Shown: piece after piece, positions 10,111 through 19,118 of the stretch
Numbering within the stretch: the stretch's first letter is position 1
How the letters are laid out: each line of letters starts with the position of its first letter
From: an uncultured Alphaproteobacteria bacterium
Lineage (GTDB): Bacteria > Pseudomonadota > Alphaproteobacteria > ATCC43930 > CGMCC-115725
DNA: 64,000 nt
Direction: 5' to 3'
Assembly: GCA_963804235.1 (NCBI GenBank)
Contig: CAWDPP010000057.1
Location: 13,603-77,602, forward strand
Notes under the pieces: model-generated
Database searches by the model: none
Seen by the model: only the letters and a program-made list of their open reading frames with translations
Told to the model about the DNA's origin: nothing
Position numbers and translations under genes: made by a program

Positions 10111-11305
10111 GCGAGCTCCACGACGGTGCCGTCTTGCGCGCGGCCCTGGGCGCGGTACTGGCCGATCTTTTCGAGCAGCGGCGCATCGGAAACGGCATAG
10201 AGAACGGCGTCATCCGCGCCCGCGTTCAGATGCCGCCGCCACAGGAAATTCGGGATCACGAAGAAGTCGCTCTCGCGCCACTCCAATCGCGTGCCGGCCA
10301 CTTCGGTCGCGCCGCTTCCGGCGATGACGCAATAGAGCGTGCTCGCGGTCTCGCGCTTCCATGCCGTCGTCTCGCCCGCGCGCAAAAGCTGCGCCGAATA
10401 GTCCAGCGTCGGGAAGACGGGGGCGCCGTTGCCCGGATTGACGCAGCGCACGCGCACGCCCTCGTAAGGATCGCCCGCCTCGCCGCGCAAGCCGTCGAGC
10501 GATGCGCGGATCGCGGCACCGCGATAGTGCAGCATCGGCGTGCCGCCGCTGCCAGGGGCCGCGATGATCGGGCGCGAAGCTCGGCACCATGCCGCCCGCG
10601 CCGAACATGCGCTCGGAATAATCGGGCGCCGCGCGCACCTTCTGCGCCTTCGCGTTGCCTTCGCGCTCGCCCGGAAAGGCCTCGTCGAGCCAGCCGCAAT
10701 CGAGATACTCGACCAGCGGCCAATCGAGAATGTCGGCCCAGATCACCGGCTCGCCATCCTCGTTGCCGTGATCGTGCCAGGTGCCGGCGGGCGTGAAGAT
10801 GAGGTCGCCGCGTTCCGCGACGCAGCGCTCGCCCTCGATCGTGGTGTAGCCGCCCTTCGCCGACAGGATGGTGCGGCTGGCGTTGGGCGTGTGGCGATGG
10901 ACCGGCGCCACGTCGCCCGGATTGTAGATCGAGATGGCGCAGCGGATGACGCTCGACACCTGCAACCGGCCGCCCAAGCCCGGATTGGTGAGGAGGAACT
11001 GCTGCCGGTCGGCGAACTCTATGGGCGGCACGTCGGCGGTCTTGGCGATCTCGGCGATGCGCGCGAGATAGGGCGCGATGTCGCGCCAGCGCCACAGCCA
11101 CGGCACCGCCTTCATCTGCCCCGCCGCGACCCGGCCCGCGGCGAGCGGCGCGTGCCGCCTCGTTGCCGTAATCGCGGAACCACGGGCGCTGCGCCGGCGC
11201 GTTCGCCTCGGTCCTGAGCCAGATGTTGAGCGCCCGCGCCTCGCCATTGAGGCGCTCCATCGCCGCGCGCGCATCGGACGAAATTTTGCCGCGAGCCTCG
11301 TCCAT
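10107..11305 (-). CDS. bicupin dioxygenase, gentisate 1,2-dioxygenase-like; two frame breaks
   Basis: Three frame pieces. First: MDEARGKISSDARAAMERLNGEARALNIWL. Second: MKAVPWLWRWRDIAPYLARIAEI...NPGDVAPVHRHTPNASRTILSAKGGYTTIEGERCVAERGDLIFTPAGTWHDHGNEDGEPVIW. Third: TPMLHYRGAAIRASLD...YCVIAGSGATEVAGTRLEWRESDFFVIPNFLWRRH. The metal motif is HRH...WHDH. Breaks sit near 11150 and at the G4 run 10555-10558. Confidence 0.8.
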
Positions 11306-11339
11306 CGCCGCCGACTCTAGCCGAGCGCCGCGCCCGCTG

Positions 11340-11966
11340 TCACTTGCCGCGGAACTCGCGCCGCACCAGGAGCGGATAGAGCAGGAGCCCCGCGGCGAAG
11401 CCGCCGATATGCGCCACCCACGCGACCGGCTCGCCCTCGGCGCCGAGGCCGGTGACGCCCGCGACCGTGTTCATCACGAGCCACAGCACGATCAGGAGCC
11501 AGAAGCCGCGGCGGAACACGCCGAAGCGCAGGACGCCGCCGAAGAGGCCGCTGATCGCCGCCGACGCCCCGACCATGGGATCCTGCGAGGCGGGATCGAG
11601 CGCCCACTCGGTGCCGGCGCCGACGACGCCGCAGACGAGATAGAAGACGAGGAAGCGCACCGGCCCCAGGCGCTGCTCGACGCCGGCGCCGAACGCGGCG
11701 AGGCCGAGCATGTTGACGGCGATGTGAGCGAAGCCCGCGTGGATGAACTGGTACGTGACGGGATCGACGAGCGCCCAGAAATTGAATGACGGATAGCGCG
11801 CCGGGACGAAGCCGAGGAGATCGCTGATCTTGTCGAAGAGCCCGCCGGGCAGCAGAAGCATGACCGCGAACACGACGACGTTGGCGACGATCAGCGCCTT
11901 CGTCGCCGGCGGCAGATTGAAGATGGGCTGCCGCGGCGCGGCGGGATCGCTTTTCACGGCAGCCAT
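11340..11966 (-). CDS. rhomboid family intramembrane serine protease
   Basis: 208 aa from ATG 11966 with several TM segments. GASAAISGLFGG supplies the GxSxG serine and AHIGGFAAGLL the histidine. The 517-aa track ORF is an upstream read-through. Confidence 0.85.
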   Translation of the reverse strand: MAAVKSDPAAPRQPIFNLPPATKALIVANVVVFAVMLLLPGGLFDKISDLLGFVPARYPSFNFWALVDPVTYQFIHAGFAHIAVNMLGLAAFGAGVEQRLGPVRFLVFYLVCGVVGAGTEWALDPASQDPMVGASAAISGLFGGVLRFGVFRRGFWLLIVLWLVMNTVAGVTGLGAEGEPVAWVAHIGGFAAGLLLYPLLVRREFRGK

Positions 11967-12021
11967 CGTCGCGGCCGGGTAACATTCGGTCAACACTTTG
12001 CGGCCTAGGCTTCCTTCCGCC

Positions 12022-12375
12022 ATGGAAGCCCTCCCCGCCACGGCACAGTCCGCCGCACCCGCCGCCGCTCCCGCTCCCTCCGAGCGGCGCCGCTTTGCCC
12101 GCGTCAGCGTCAGCTTCTTCGGCACCGTGCGGCTTGCCGGCGGCGGCGCGTCCGAATGCCTCGTCATCGATCTGTCGCTGGGCGGCGCGAAAGTGGTGCT
12201 GTCCGATCCCTTGCCGCTGGCGCCGGCCGACGCGCTCGGGCTCGAGATCGAGAAATTCGGCGCATTCCGCGCGACCGCGGTGTGGCGGCGCGGCGTGTTC
12301 GCGGGCATCAGGTTCTTGGAGGCGCCCGAGACCATGGCGTCCGCGTTCGGGAACTTCCTGCCACCCGCGAATTGA
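12022..12375 (+). CDS. PilZ domain protein (c-di-GMP receptor type)
   Basis: RRFAR (RxxxR) is followed by DLSLGG (DxSxxG), about 117 aa from ATG 12022. It is divergent from the rhomboid gene. Confidence 0.8.
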   Translation: MEALPATAQSAAPAAAPAPSERRRFARVSVSFFGTVRLAGGGASECLVIDLSLGGAKVVLSDPLPLAPADALGLEIEKFGAFRATAVWRRGVFAGIRFLEAPETMASAFGNFLPPAN

Positions 12376-12400
12376 CGCGGATTTGTGATAAATTCGCGGG

Positions 12401-13416
12401 ATGCAAATCCTGCGATGCGCCGTGGCGGCGCTTTCCCTGGCCCTCGCAGCTCCCGCTCGCGCGCGCGGCCGAGCCGCTCACCATCCGCATCGCCTGGGCC
12501 GCCGTGCCGGGACAATTGCCGGCGGTGCTCTACCAGAAGCGCGACATCCTGCGCCATTACGGCCAGAGCTACACGGTCGAGCCGGTCTATAGCCGCGGCA
12601 GCGGCACGCAGATCACGGCGCTTGCGTCGGGCGAATTGCAGATGGCGCTCTATGCGCCCTCGGCCTTCGCGCTCACGATCGAGCGCGCCGGGATGGACGA
12701 CATCCGCATCATCGGCGACGCCACGCGCGACGGGTTCGGCGATTACTACTCGCGGCAATACATGGTGCGCGCGGCGAGCGCGATCCGCACGATCGACGAT
12801 CTGAAGGGCAAGGTGCTGGGCGTCAACAGCATCAGCGGCGCCATGGACATGGCGCTCCGCGCGGGGCTTGCGCCGCCACGCGCTCGAGGACAAGCGCGAC
12901 TATCACATCGTCGAGGTCGATTTCCCCAACATGTTTCCCATGCTGACGAGCGCCAAGATCGATCTCGGCTGCTTCACGACGCCGTTCTCGTTCACGGCCG
13001 ACAAATCGGGCGAGGCGCGCACGCTCTTCACCATGAAGGACCTGGTGGGCGAGCAGGACATCACCATCATGGCGGCGCGACAATCCTTCATCGCGGCCAA
13101 CCGCCAGGCGCTGGTCGATTTCTTCGCCGATTCGCAGCGCGCGATGCGCTGGTTCTACGACCCGGCGAACCGCGCCGAGGTGATATCCATCATCGCCGCC
13201 TTCACGAAGCAGCCGGCGTCGGCCTATTCGGACTGGCTCTTCACGCACGCCGACGATTACCGCGATCCCGATCTCCGGCCCAATCTCGACGCCGTCCAGC
13301 ACGACATCGACCGCGAGGTCGAATTGGGATTCCTCGACAAGGGCTTCGACGTCAAGCGCTATGCCGACCTGTCGCTGATCGACGACGCCGTGAAGGAGCG
13401 CGCGAGCGAGAACTAG
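12401..13416 (+). CDS. NMT1/THI5-like ABC-type substrate-binding protein; two frame breaks
   Basis: Three frame pieces. Signal peptide: MQILRCAVAALSLALAAPARA. Middle: AEPLTIRIAWAAVPGQLPAVLYQKRDILRHYG...GAMDMALRAGL. Tail: RRHALEDKRDYHIVEVDFPNMFPMLTSAKIDL...LSLIDDAVKERASEN. Breaks sit near 12460 and at the G4 run 12863-12866. It is a paralogue of 58065-59083. Confidence 0.8.
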
Positions 13417-14660
13417 CCGAGCGGCGTGCCGCGCGCCTCGGCCGCGACGCCGCGCGCCTGGGCCTCTGCGCGCGTCTCCTTGAACTCGCCGGAAATGCGC
13501 GCGCCCGGATACTCTTCCTTCAGGCGCGGATAGACCTCGCGCGCGAACATGCGGATGCCGTGCACCGTGTCGTCGTGCTCGAGGAAGCCGGCCTGGCCCA
13601 TGATGAGCAGGTGGCCGAAGCCGCCGACATGGTCATAGAACTTGCGGATCTGCGCGTGCACCTGGTTGGGCGTGCCGCAGAACAGGATGCCGCGCTCCAT
13701 CGCCGTCTCGACATTCATGTTGCGGCCGAAATTGGCGTGGTCGCCCTGCGTCGTCGCGCCCGCCGCCTTCAACCCGGCGACCGTGCCCGCAACGTTGACA
13801 TAGCCCGGGGGCGAGGCGAAATGGCGCGGCACCTTGTTGGCGTTCAAGTACCACAGCAGCTTGTCGGCGCCCTCATAGGCGCGGGATTCGCTTTCGCCGA
13901 CATAGACGAGTGCGGCATAAGCGAGGCGGTCGATCGGCACATCCTGGCTGCGTCCCGCCGCGCGCCAGCCGCGGCGATAGGATTCGTAGATCGCGCGCGT
14001 GCCCTCATAGCCGGTGAGGAAGGTCGCCTGCACGAAGCCGTGCGCGCCGACATTCTGCGCGCCCGACGCGCTCGTCGTCGAAACCCACACCGGCGGATGC
14101 GGCTGCTGCCACGGGCGCGGCCAGATGTTGACCGCGCGATAGTGGAAGAAGCGGCCCTCGTGGCTGAACGGCCCGTCATGGTTGGTCCAGGCCCGGACGA
14201 TGAGGTCGAGCGCCTCCCAGTGCCGCTCGTTCATGCGCACCGGATTGCTGTTCGCCGGCAGCAGCTCGTACGGCACGCCGCGCACGAAGCCGGCCTCGAG
14301 CCGGCCGTGCGAGAGAATGTCGATCATCGCCATTTCCTCGGCGACGCGCACCGGCTGGCGGCGGTTGGCGATCGGATTGCCGAGGATCAGGATGCGCGCC
14401 TTCGAGGTGACGCGCGCGACCGCGGCCATCATCAGCGGCGCCGCGGGATCGACGCAGGTCACCGTCTGATGATGCTCGTTCATCATGATCTCGACGCCTT
14501 CCTCCTCGGCGATCTGCCATTCCCGGAGATAGCGGTCGTAGAGCGCCGCGCCCTTCTGCGGATCGTAGATGCGGTTCGGCAGACTGACCCGGACCGATTC
14601 ATAAGTGTCCGCCGGCGGCAGGTAGGGATAGGCCGTCTCGGTGAAATGCCAAGCCTGCAT
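13413..14660 (-). CDS. LLM-class (luciferase-like) flavin-dependent oxidoreductase
   Basis: Intact 415-aa ORF MQAWHFTETAYPYLPPADTYESVRVSLPN...MNEHHQT...ILGNPIANRRQPVRVAEEMAMIDILSHGRLEAGFVRG. Confidence 0.85.
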   Translation of the reverse strand: MQAWHFTETAYPYLPPADTYESVRVSLPNRIYDPQKGAALYDRYLREWQIAEEEGVEIMMNEHHQTVTCVDPAAPLMMAAVARVTSKARILILGNPIANRRQPVRVAEEMAMIDILSHGRLEAGFVRGVPYELLPANSNPVRMNERHWEALDLIVRAWTNHDGPFSHEGRFFHYRAVNIWPRPWQQPHPPVWVSTTSASGAQNVGAHGFVQATFLTGYEGTRAIYESYRRGWRAAGRSQDVPIDRLAYAALVYVGESESRAYEGADKLLWYLNANKVPRHFASPPGYVNVAGTVAGLKAAGATTQGDHANFGRNMNVETAMERGILFCGTPNQVHAQIRKFYDHVGGFGHLLIMGQAGFLEHDDTVHGIRMFAREVYPRLKEEYPGARISGEFKETRAEAQARGVAAEARGTPLG

Positions 14661-14667
14661 GGCGGGC

Positions 14668-15464
14668 TTACTCCTTGTTGATGCTGATCAGGCGTCGAGG
14701 AAGCCCAAGACTCTTCGCCGCGAAGGCTTCGGGCTGTTCGACCTGGACGGCGTGTCCGGCCCTGGCGATGGTGTCGATGCGGGCGTTCGGCAGCAGGCGC
14801 GCATAGCGCTCGAGATAGTCCGCCGAAACGAGCCCGTCGCTTTCGCCGCGCAGGAAGAGCGTCGGCATGGCGAGGCGATGGAGCCGGTGCTTGAGCTTCG
14901 GATTGTGCATCCATGGCTCCCACACCAGCATGGCCAGCGTTTCGCGGTTGCGCACCATGACGGTGAGCTCGTCGTCAGGAAGACGCGACGGGTCGATCAC
15001 GTGCTTCGCCGGGTCGTGAAACAGCCACTCGTTCACGCGCTCCTGCGGCACGGCGAAGATGTCGGGAATGTCGAGCTTCTCGACCGATCCCGTCTTGACG
15101 CCGACCGGCGCCACCAGCACCAGCTTGCGGAACCGCTCCGGCGACTTCGACGCCATTTCCGCGGCGATCCAGCCGCCGAGCGAGCAGCCGACGAGATCGA
15201 CTTTCTGCGAGGCCGAGCTTGTCCATCAGCTCGAGATGGATGTGCGCGATGTCGTCGGCCTGATCGAGCCAGTCGGGCAACTCGGAATGGCCGAAGCCGG
15301 GGTGCGAGGGCGCGATGAGCCGCCGCCCCTTGGCGAGCAGCGCGACATAAGGCCTGGTTCGGCAGGAAGCCCTGCCCGCTGTGCAGAAAGAGCAGCGGCG
15401 CGCCGCTACCGTCCTCGTGCAGCTCGAGCTCGAGTCCGGCAAGCTTCAGCATCTCTTTCTTCAC
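14668..15464 (-). CDS. alpha/beta hydrolase; two frame breaks
   Basis: Three frame pieces. First: MKKEMLKLAGLELELHEDGSGAPLLFLHSGQGF. Second: PYVALLAKGRRLIAPSHPGFGHSE...ELMDKLGLAE. Third: VDLVGCSLGGWIAAEMASKSPERFRKLVLVAPVG. The nucleophile elbow is GCSLGG. Breaks sit near 15355 and at the T3 run 15202-15204. Confidence 0.82.
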
Positions 15465-15615
15465 AGGTTCGAGCCTCCCTCGCGCGCAAAGTGCCGGACC
15501 CCACTATTTCACCCCGCGAAAAGGGGCGCAATAGAGCCTGCTTCTGAACTGTCGCGGCGGCTCCCCGTTTCGCGTATGGTCCGCAAGTCGTCCCGCCCCG
15601 CCTAGGCCCCGCCCG

Positions 15616-17219
15616 ATGCCGACCGTCCGCAATCGCCGCAAGATCCTGTGCGTCTTTCCCGCCTACAGCCCGTCTTTCGGCACGTTCGAATATGCCTACA
15701 AGCTGCGCGGCGGGACACGCGCCTTCATGCCGCCGCAAGGTCTTCTCGTCATCGCGCTCATATCTGCCGGCCGAGTGGGACATCCGCTTCATCGACGAGA
15801 ACATCGGCCGCGCGCGGCCCAACGATTTCGCCTGGGCCGACGCCGTGCTCGTCTCCGGCATGCATGTGCAGCGTCCCGCGATCCTCGACATCGCGCGGCG
15901 TGCGCACCGCTTCGGCAAGGCGGCCGCCTTGGGCGGCCCGTCCGTTTCGGGCGCGCCCGAGCTCTACGGCGAGTTCGACTATATCCATGTCGGCGAGCTG
16001 GGCGACGGCACCGACCGGCTCATCGCGCTGCTCGACGCCGATCCGCGCCGGCCGCGCGAACAGATCCGCTGCGACACGGTGGAGCGCGTGCCCTTGACCG
16101 AGTTTCCGGCGCCGGCATATCACCTCGCCGAGATCGCGCGCTATTTCATCGGCAGCGTGCAGTTCTCGAGCGGCTGTCCCTACCGCTGCGAATTCTGCGA
16201 CATCCCGGCGCTCTACGGCCGCAACCCGCGCCTCAAAACGCCGCAGCAGGTGACGGACGAGCTCGACGCCATGCTGCGCCACGCCAATTTGGGCGCGGTC
16301 TATTTCGTCGATGACAATTTCATCGGCAACCGCCGCGCCGCGCGCGAGCTGGTCGAGCATCTGCTCCAGTGGCAGAAGGATCGCGGCTATCCCGTCGAGT
16401 TCGCGTGCGAGGCGACGCTCAACATCGCCAAGTATCCGGACCTCCTCGCGCTCATGCGCGAGGCGTACTTCAGCACCGTCTTCTGCGGCATCGAGACGCC
16501 GGAGCCCGAAGCGCTCCGCGCCATGCGCAAGGAGCAGAACGCGACGATCCCGATGCTCGAGGCGATCGCGACGCTCAATTCCTTCGGCATCGAGGTCGTG
16601 GCCGGCATGATCATGGGGCTCGACACCGATACGCGCGACACGGGCGCAGCGCATCGTCGAGTTCGCGACCGCCGCCAACATTCCGATGCTGACGCTCAAC
16701 CTGCTCCAGGCGCTGCCGAAGACGCCGCTGTGGGACCGGCTCGCGGCCGCGGACCGCATCCTCGACGACCCCGCGCGCGAATCGAACGTGCGCTTCCTTT
16801 TGCCCTATGACGAGGTCGTCGCCATGTGGCGCCGCGCCATCGCCGAGCTCTACGCGCCCGAGGCGCTCTATGCGCGCTTTGCCTACAATGTCGAGAACAC
16901 CTATCCGAACCGCATCCGCCCGCCCGCCTCGCCGGCGCGCGCCTCCTGGGCGAACATACGCAAGGGCATGCGCATCCTCGCCAACATCCTCCTCCGCGCC
17001 GGCGTCACGGCCGATTATCGCGCCACATTCTGGCGCCATGCCTGGCCGCTCTTGCGCGGCGGAAAGATCGAGGACGTGATCCATATCGGCCTCGTCGCGC
17101 ACCATCTCATCGAGTTCTCGCGCGACGCCGTCTCGGGCGGCCAGAATGCGTCGTTCTACTCGGCCAAGATTCGCGACCGCAGCGCGATTGAGCTAGAACC
17201 GGCCGACCTCACCCCCTGA
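15616..17219 (+). CDS. B12-binding (class B) radical SAM protein with DUF4070-type C-terminal region; two frame breaks
   Basis: Three frame pieces. First: MPTVRNRRKILCVFPAYSPSFGTFEYAYKLRGGTRAFMPPQGLLVIA. Second: YLPAEWDIRFIDENIG...GCPYRCEFCDI (CxxxCxxC)...IETPEPEALRAMRKEQN...GMIMGLDTDTRDTG. Third: IVEFATAANIPMLTLNLLQALPKTPLWDRL...VAHHLIEF. Breaks sit near 15760 and 16645. Confidence 0.85.
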
Positions 17220-17230
17220 CGCGGCGCCAT

Positions 17231-18259
17231 ATGCGCATCGCCACCTTTGTCACCTGGCTGATCGGTGCCGGGCTTCTCGCGGCCCTGCTCGCGACGAACG
17301 ACGCCGGAAAGCTGTTCGCCGCCGCCTGGCGGCTGCACGGGTGGCTCATCGTCATCGCGCTCTATCATGGCGTGCCGCTGCTGTTCGACGTGCTCGGCTG
17401 GCGGCGGCTGTTCGAGCATCCGCCGGATTTCCTGCGCCTCCTGCGCATCCGCTGGATCGGCGAGGCGGTCAACAGCCTCCTGCCGGTGCCCCATCTCGGC
17501 GAGATCCTGCGCGCCAAGCTGCCGCACGACGAGGGCAGCGACCTCACCGAGTCCGCCACCTCGGTGATCGGCGACGTCACCGTCGGGCTCGCGACGCAGA
17601 TCGTCTTCATCGCGACCGGGCTCGCGTACTTCGCGCTGCGGAGCGGGCGCGACATGCTGTTGCGGTCGTCGCTGACGATCGCGGCGCTCGCCCTCTTCGG
17701 CGTGGGCTTCTACTGGGCGCAGCGGACGCGCTGGTTCAGCCGGGCGGCGGGCGCCGTCGGCCGCCTCACCGGCTCGCGCACGCTCGACGGCTCGGTCATA
17801 CGCCGGGTCGAGGACGCGCTGCACCGGCTTTACCGGCGTCGCACCGCCTTGGCCTGGGCGTTCGCCTGGCGGCTCCTGAGCTGGTTCGCCGGCGCCGGCG
17901 AAATCTGGCTCGTGCCCTATCTGCTCGGCCAGCCGATCGGCATCGGCGACGCCGTGACGCTCGAAAGCCTGAGCCAGGGCGCGCGCGCCGTGGCCTTCAT
18001 CATCCCCGGCGGCCTCGGCGTGCAGGACGGCACGCTCATGGTGCTGTCGCAGCAGCTCGGCCTCGGCGGCGAGCTCGGCCTCGTGATCTCGCTGGTGAAG
18101 CGGTTCCGCGAGCTGGCGCTCGGCGTTCCCGCGCTCGTCCTGGCCTATTCGGGCGAGCTCAAGCGCTGGCGCCGGCTCACCCCTCAGGCCGGCAGCACGC
18201 GGCTCAGCATGCGCGCCACGTTCGGCATGATGCGCGGCCGCAGCAGCCGCGAATCATAG
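17231..18259 (+). CDS. UPF0104 / LPG-synthase-TM-like (flippase-like, HpnL-like) integral membrane protein
   Basis: Intact 342-aa polytopic ORF starting 12 nt after the radical SAM gene. WIGEAVNSLLPVPHLGEILRAKL and AFIIPGGLGVQDGTLM are typical of this family. Its 3' end overlaps the convergent di-iron gene by 76 nt. Confidence 0.72.
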   Translation: MRIATFVTWLIGAGLLAALLATNDAGKLFAAAWRLHGWLIVIALYHGVPLLFDVLGWRRLFEHPPDFLRLLRIRWIGEAVNSLLPVPHLGEILRAKLPHDEGSDLTESATSVIGDVTVGLATQIVFIATGLAYFALRSGRDMLLRSSLTIAALALFGVGFYWAQRTRWFSRAAGAVGRLTGSRTLDGSVIRRVEDALHRLYRRRTALAWAFAWRLLSWFAGAGEIWLVPYLLGQPIGIGDAVTLESLSQGARAVAFIIPGGLGVQDGTLMVLSQQLGLGGELGLVISLVKRFRELALGVPALVLAYSGELKRWRRLTPQAGSTRLSMRATFGMMRGRSSRES

Positions 18260-19038
18260 CGCCCCATGCGGCGCTCCTGCTCGCGCGCGCAGAGCGCGAA
18301 GAACGCGCGCGGCTTCAGCGTCAGCCCGACCGCTTCGCCGCCGGTGCGGGTGAAGTTCTTGTCGTCGACGCTGCGCGCCAGGGACAGCCGCCCCCACGCC
18401 TGGACCGCGAGCGCGGCGAGGCGCTGCAGATCGAGCTTCACCCGCGCCGGGAAGCCGCGATTGACCCGCGTATAGGCCACCCAGTTGACGAAAAAGAGAT
18501 TGTGCCGTGCCTCCTCCTGGATGATCGGCTCGAACACCTCGACGAGCGGCGCCGGGAAGAAGCCCGACTCCTGCGCCAGCCTGAACAGGCCGAAGGCGAA
18601 GAACGAATCGAAGCACTCGCCATAGCCGGTCCGCAAAAACCCCCACTCGGCGTCGGCAATGGCGACGTACGGCTCCTCCTCCTTTAGCTCTATGCGGTAG
18701 TGCCGGATCATGTGGCCCAAGACCTCTTTATGGCGGCGCTCCTCCCAGGCATTGAGGGCGACCGCCTTCTGGATGAGGGGGTCCCCGCTCGCCCCGGCCA
18801 GCGCCTCCATGCGCCGCGCCGCCCGCTCTTCGGTTGCGACCGCAATGTCCCAGAACGGCAGGCCGACCAGGCGCCGCAGCGCGTCCGGCGCGAGGGCCGG
18901 CCATGCGATGACGGCAGGTCGATAGGGATCGAAACTATCGAGCAGCATGTGACAGAATAGTTGCCTGTGCGCCTCGGATCCGACGGCAATCGCTTGATTT
19001 TGCGCGATCTCGCTTTCGAGTTGGGATGTTTCCGTCAT
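18184..19038 (-). CDS. ferritin-like di-iron carboxylate protein (putative oxygenase)
   Basis: Intact 284-aa ORF. It carries two ExxH motifs (WEERRHKEV and IIQEEARHNLF), each preceded by a lone Glu (VATEERAA; GYGECFD). This is the four-helix-bundle di-iron ligand pattern. Confidence 0.7.
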   Translation of the reverse strand: MTETSQLESEIAQNQAIAVGSEAHRQLFCHMLLDSFDPYRPAVIAWPALAPDALRRLVGLPFWDIAVATEERAARRMEALAGASGDPLIQKAVALNAWEERRHKEVLGHMIRHYRIELKEEEPYVAIADAEWGFLRTGYGECFDSFFAFGLFRLAQESGFFPAPLVEVFEPIIQEEARHNLFFVNWVAYTRVNRGFPARVKLDLQRLAALAVQAWGRLSLARSVDDKNFTRTGGEAVGLTLKPRAFFALCAREQERRMGRYDSRLLRPRIMPNVARMLSRVLPA

Positions 19039-19118
19039 AGCCTACCGTATAGCACAAGGGTTGCGGCGCGGCTGGGCCGCGTCGCCGACCGGACCTAGGA
19101 AGACAGGGCGAAACGACC

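Noticed and set aside
12156-14681. 841-aa plus-strand ORF
   Set aside because: It is a chimera. Its first part is the middle frame piece of the frameshifted binding-protein gene. The remainder is antisense to the well-supported LLM oxidoreductase gene.
15465-15615. Cobalamin riboswitch ahead of the B12-dependent radical SAM gene
   Set aside because: No B12-box-like GCCACTG core or the expected multi-stem architecture is visible in the 151-nt divergent intergenic region.
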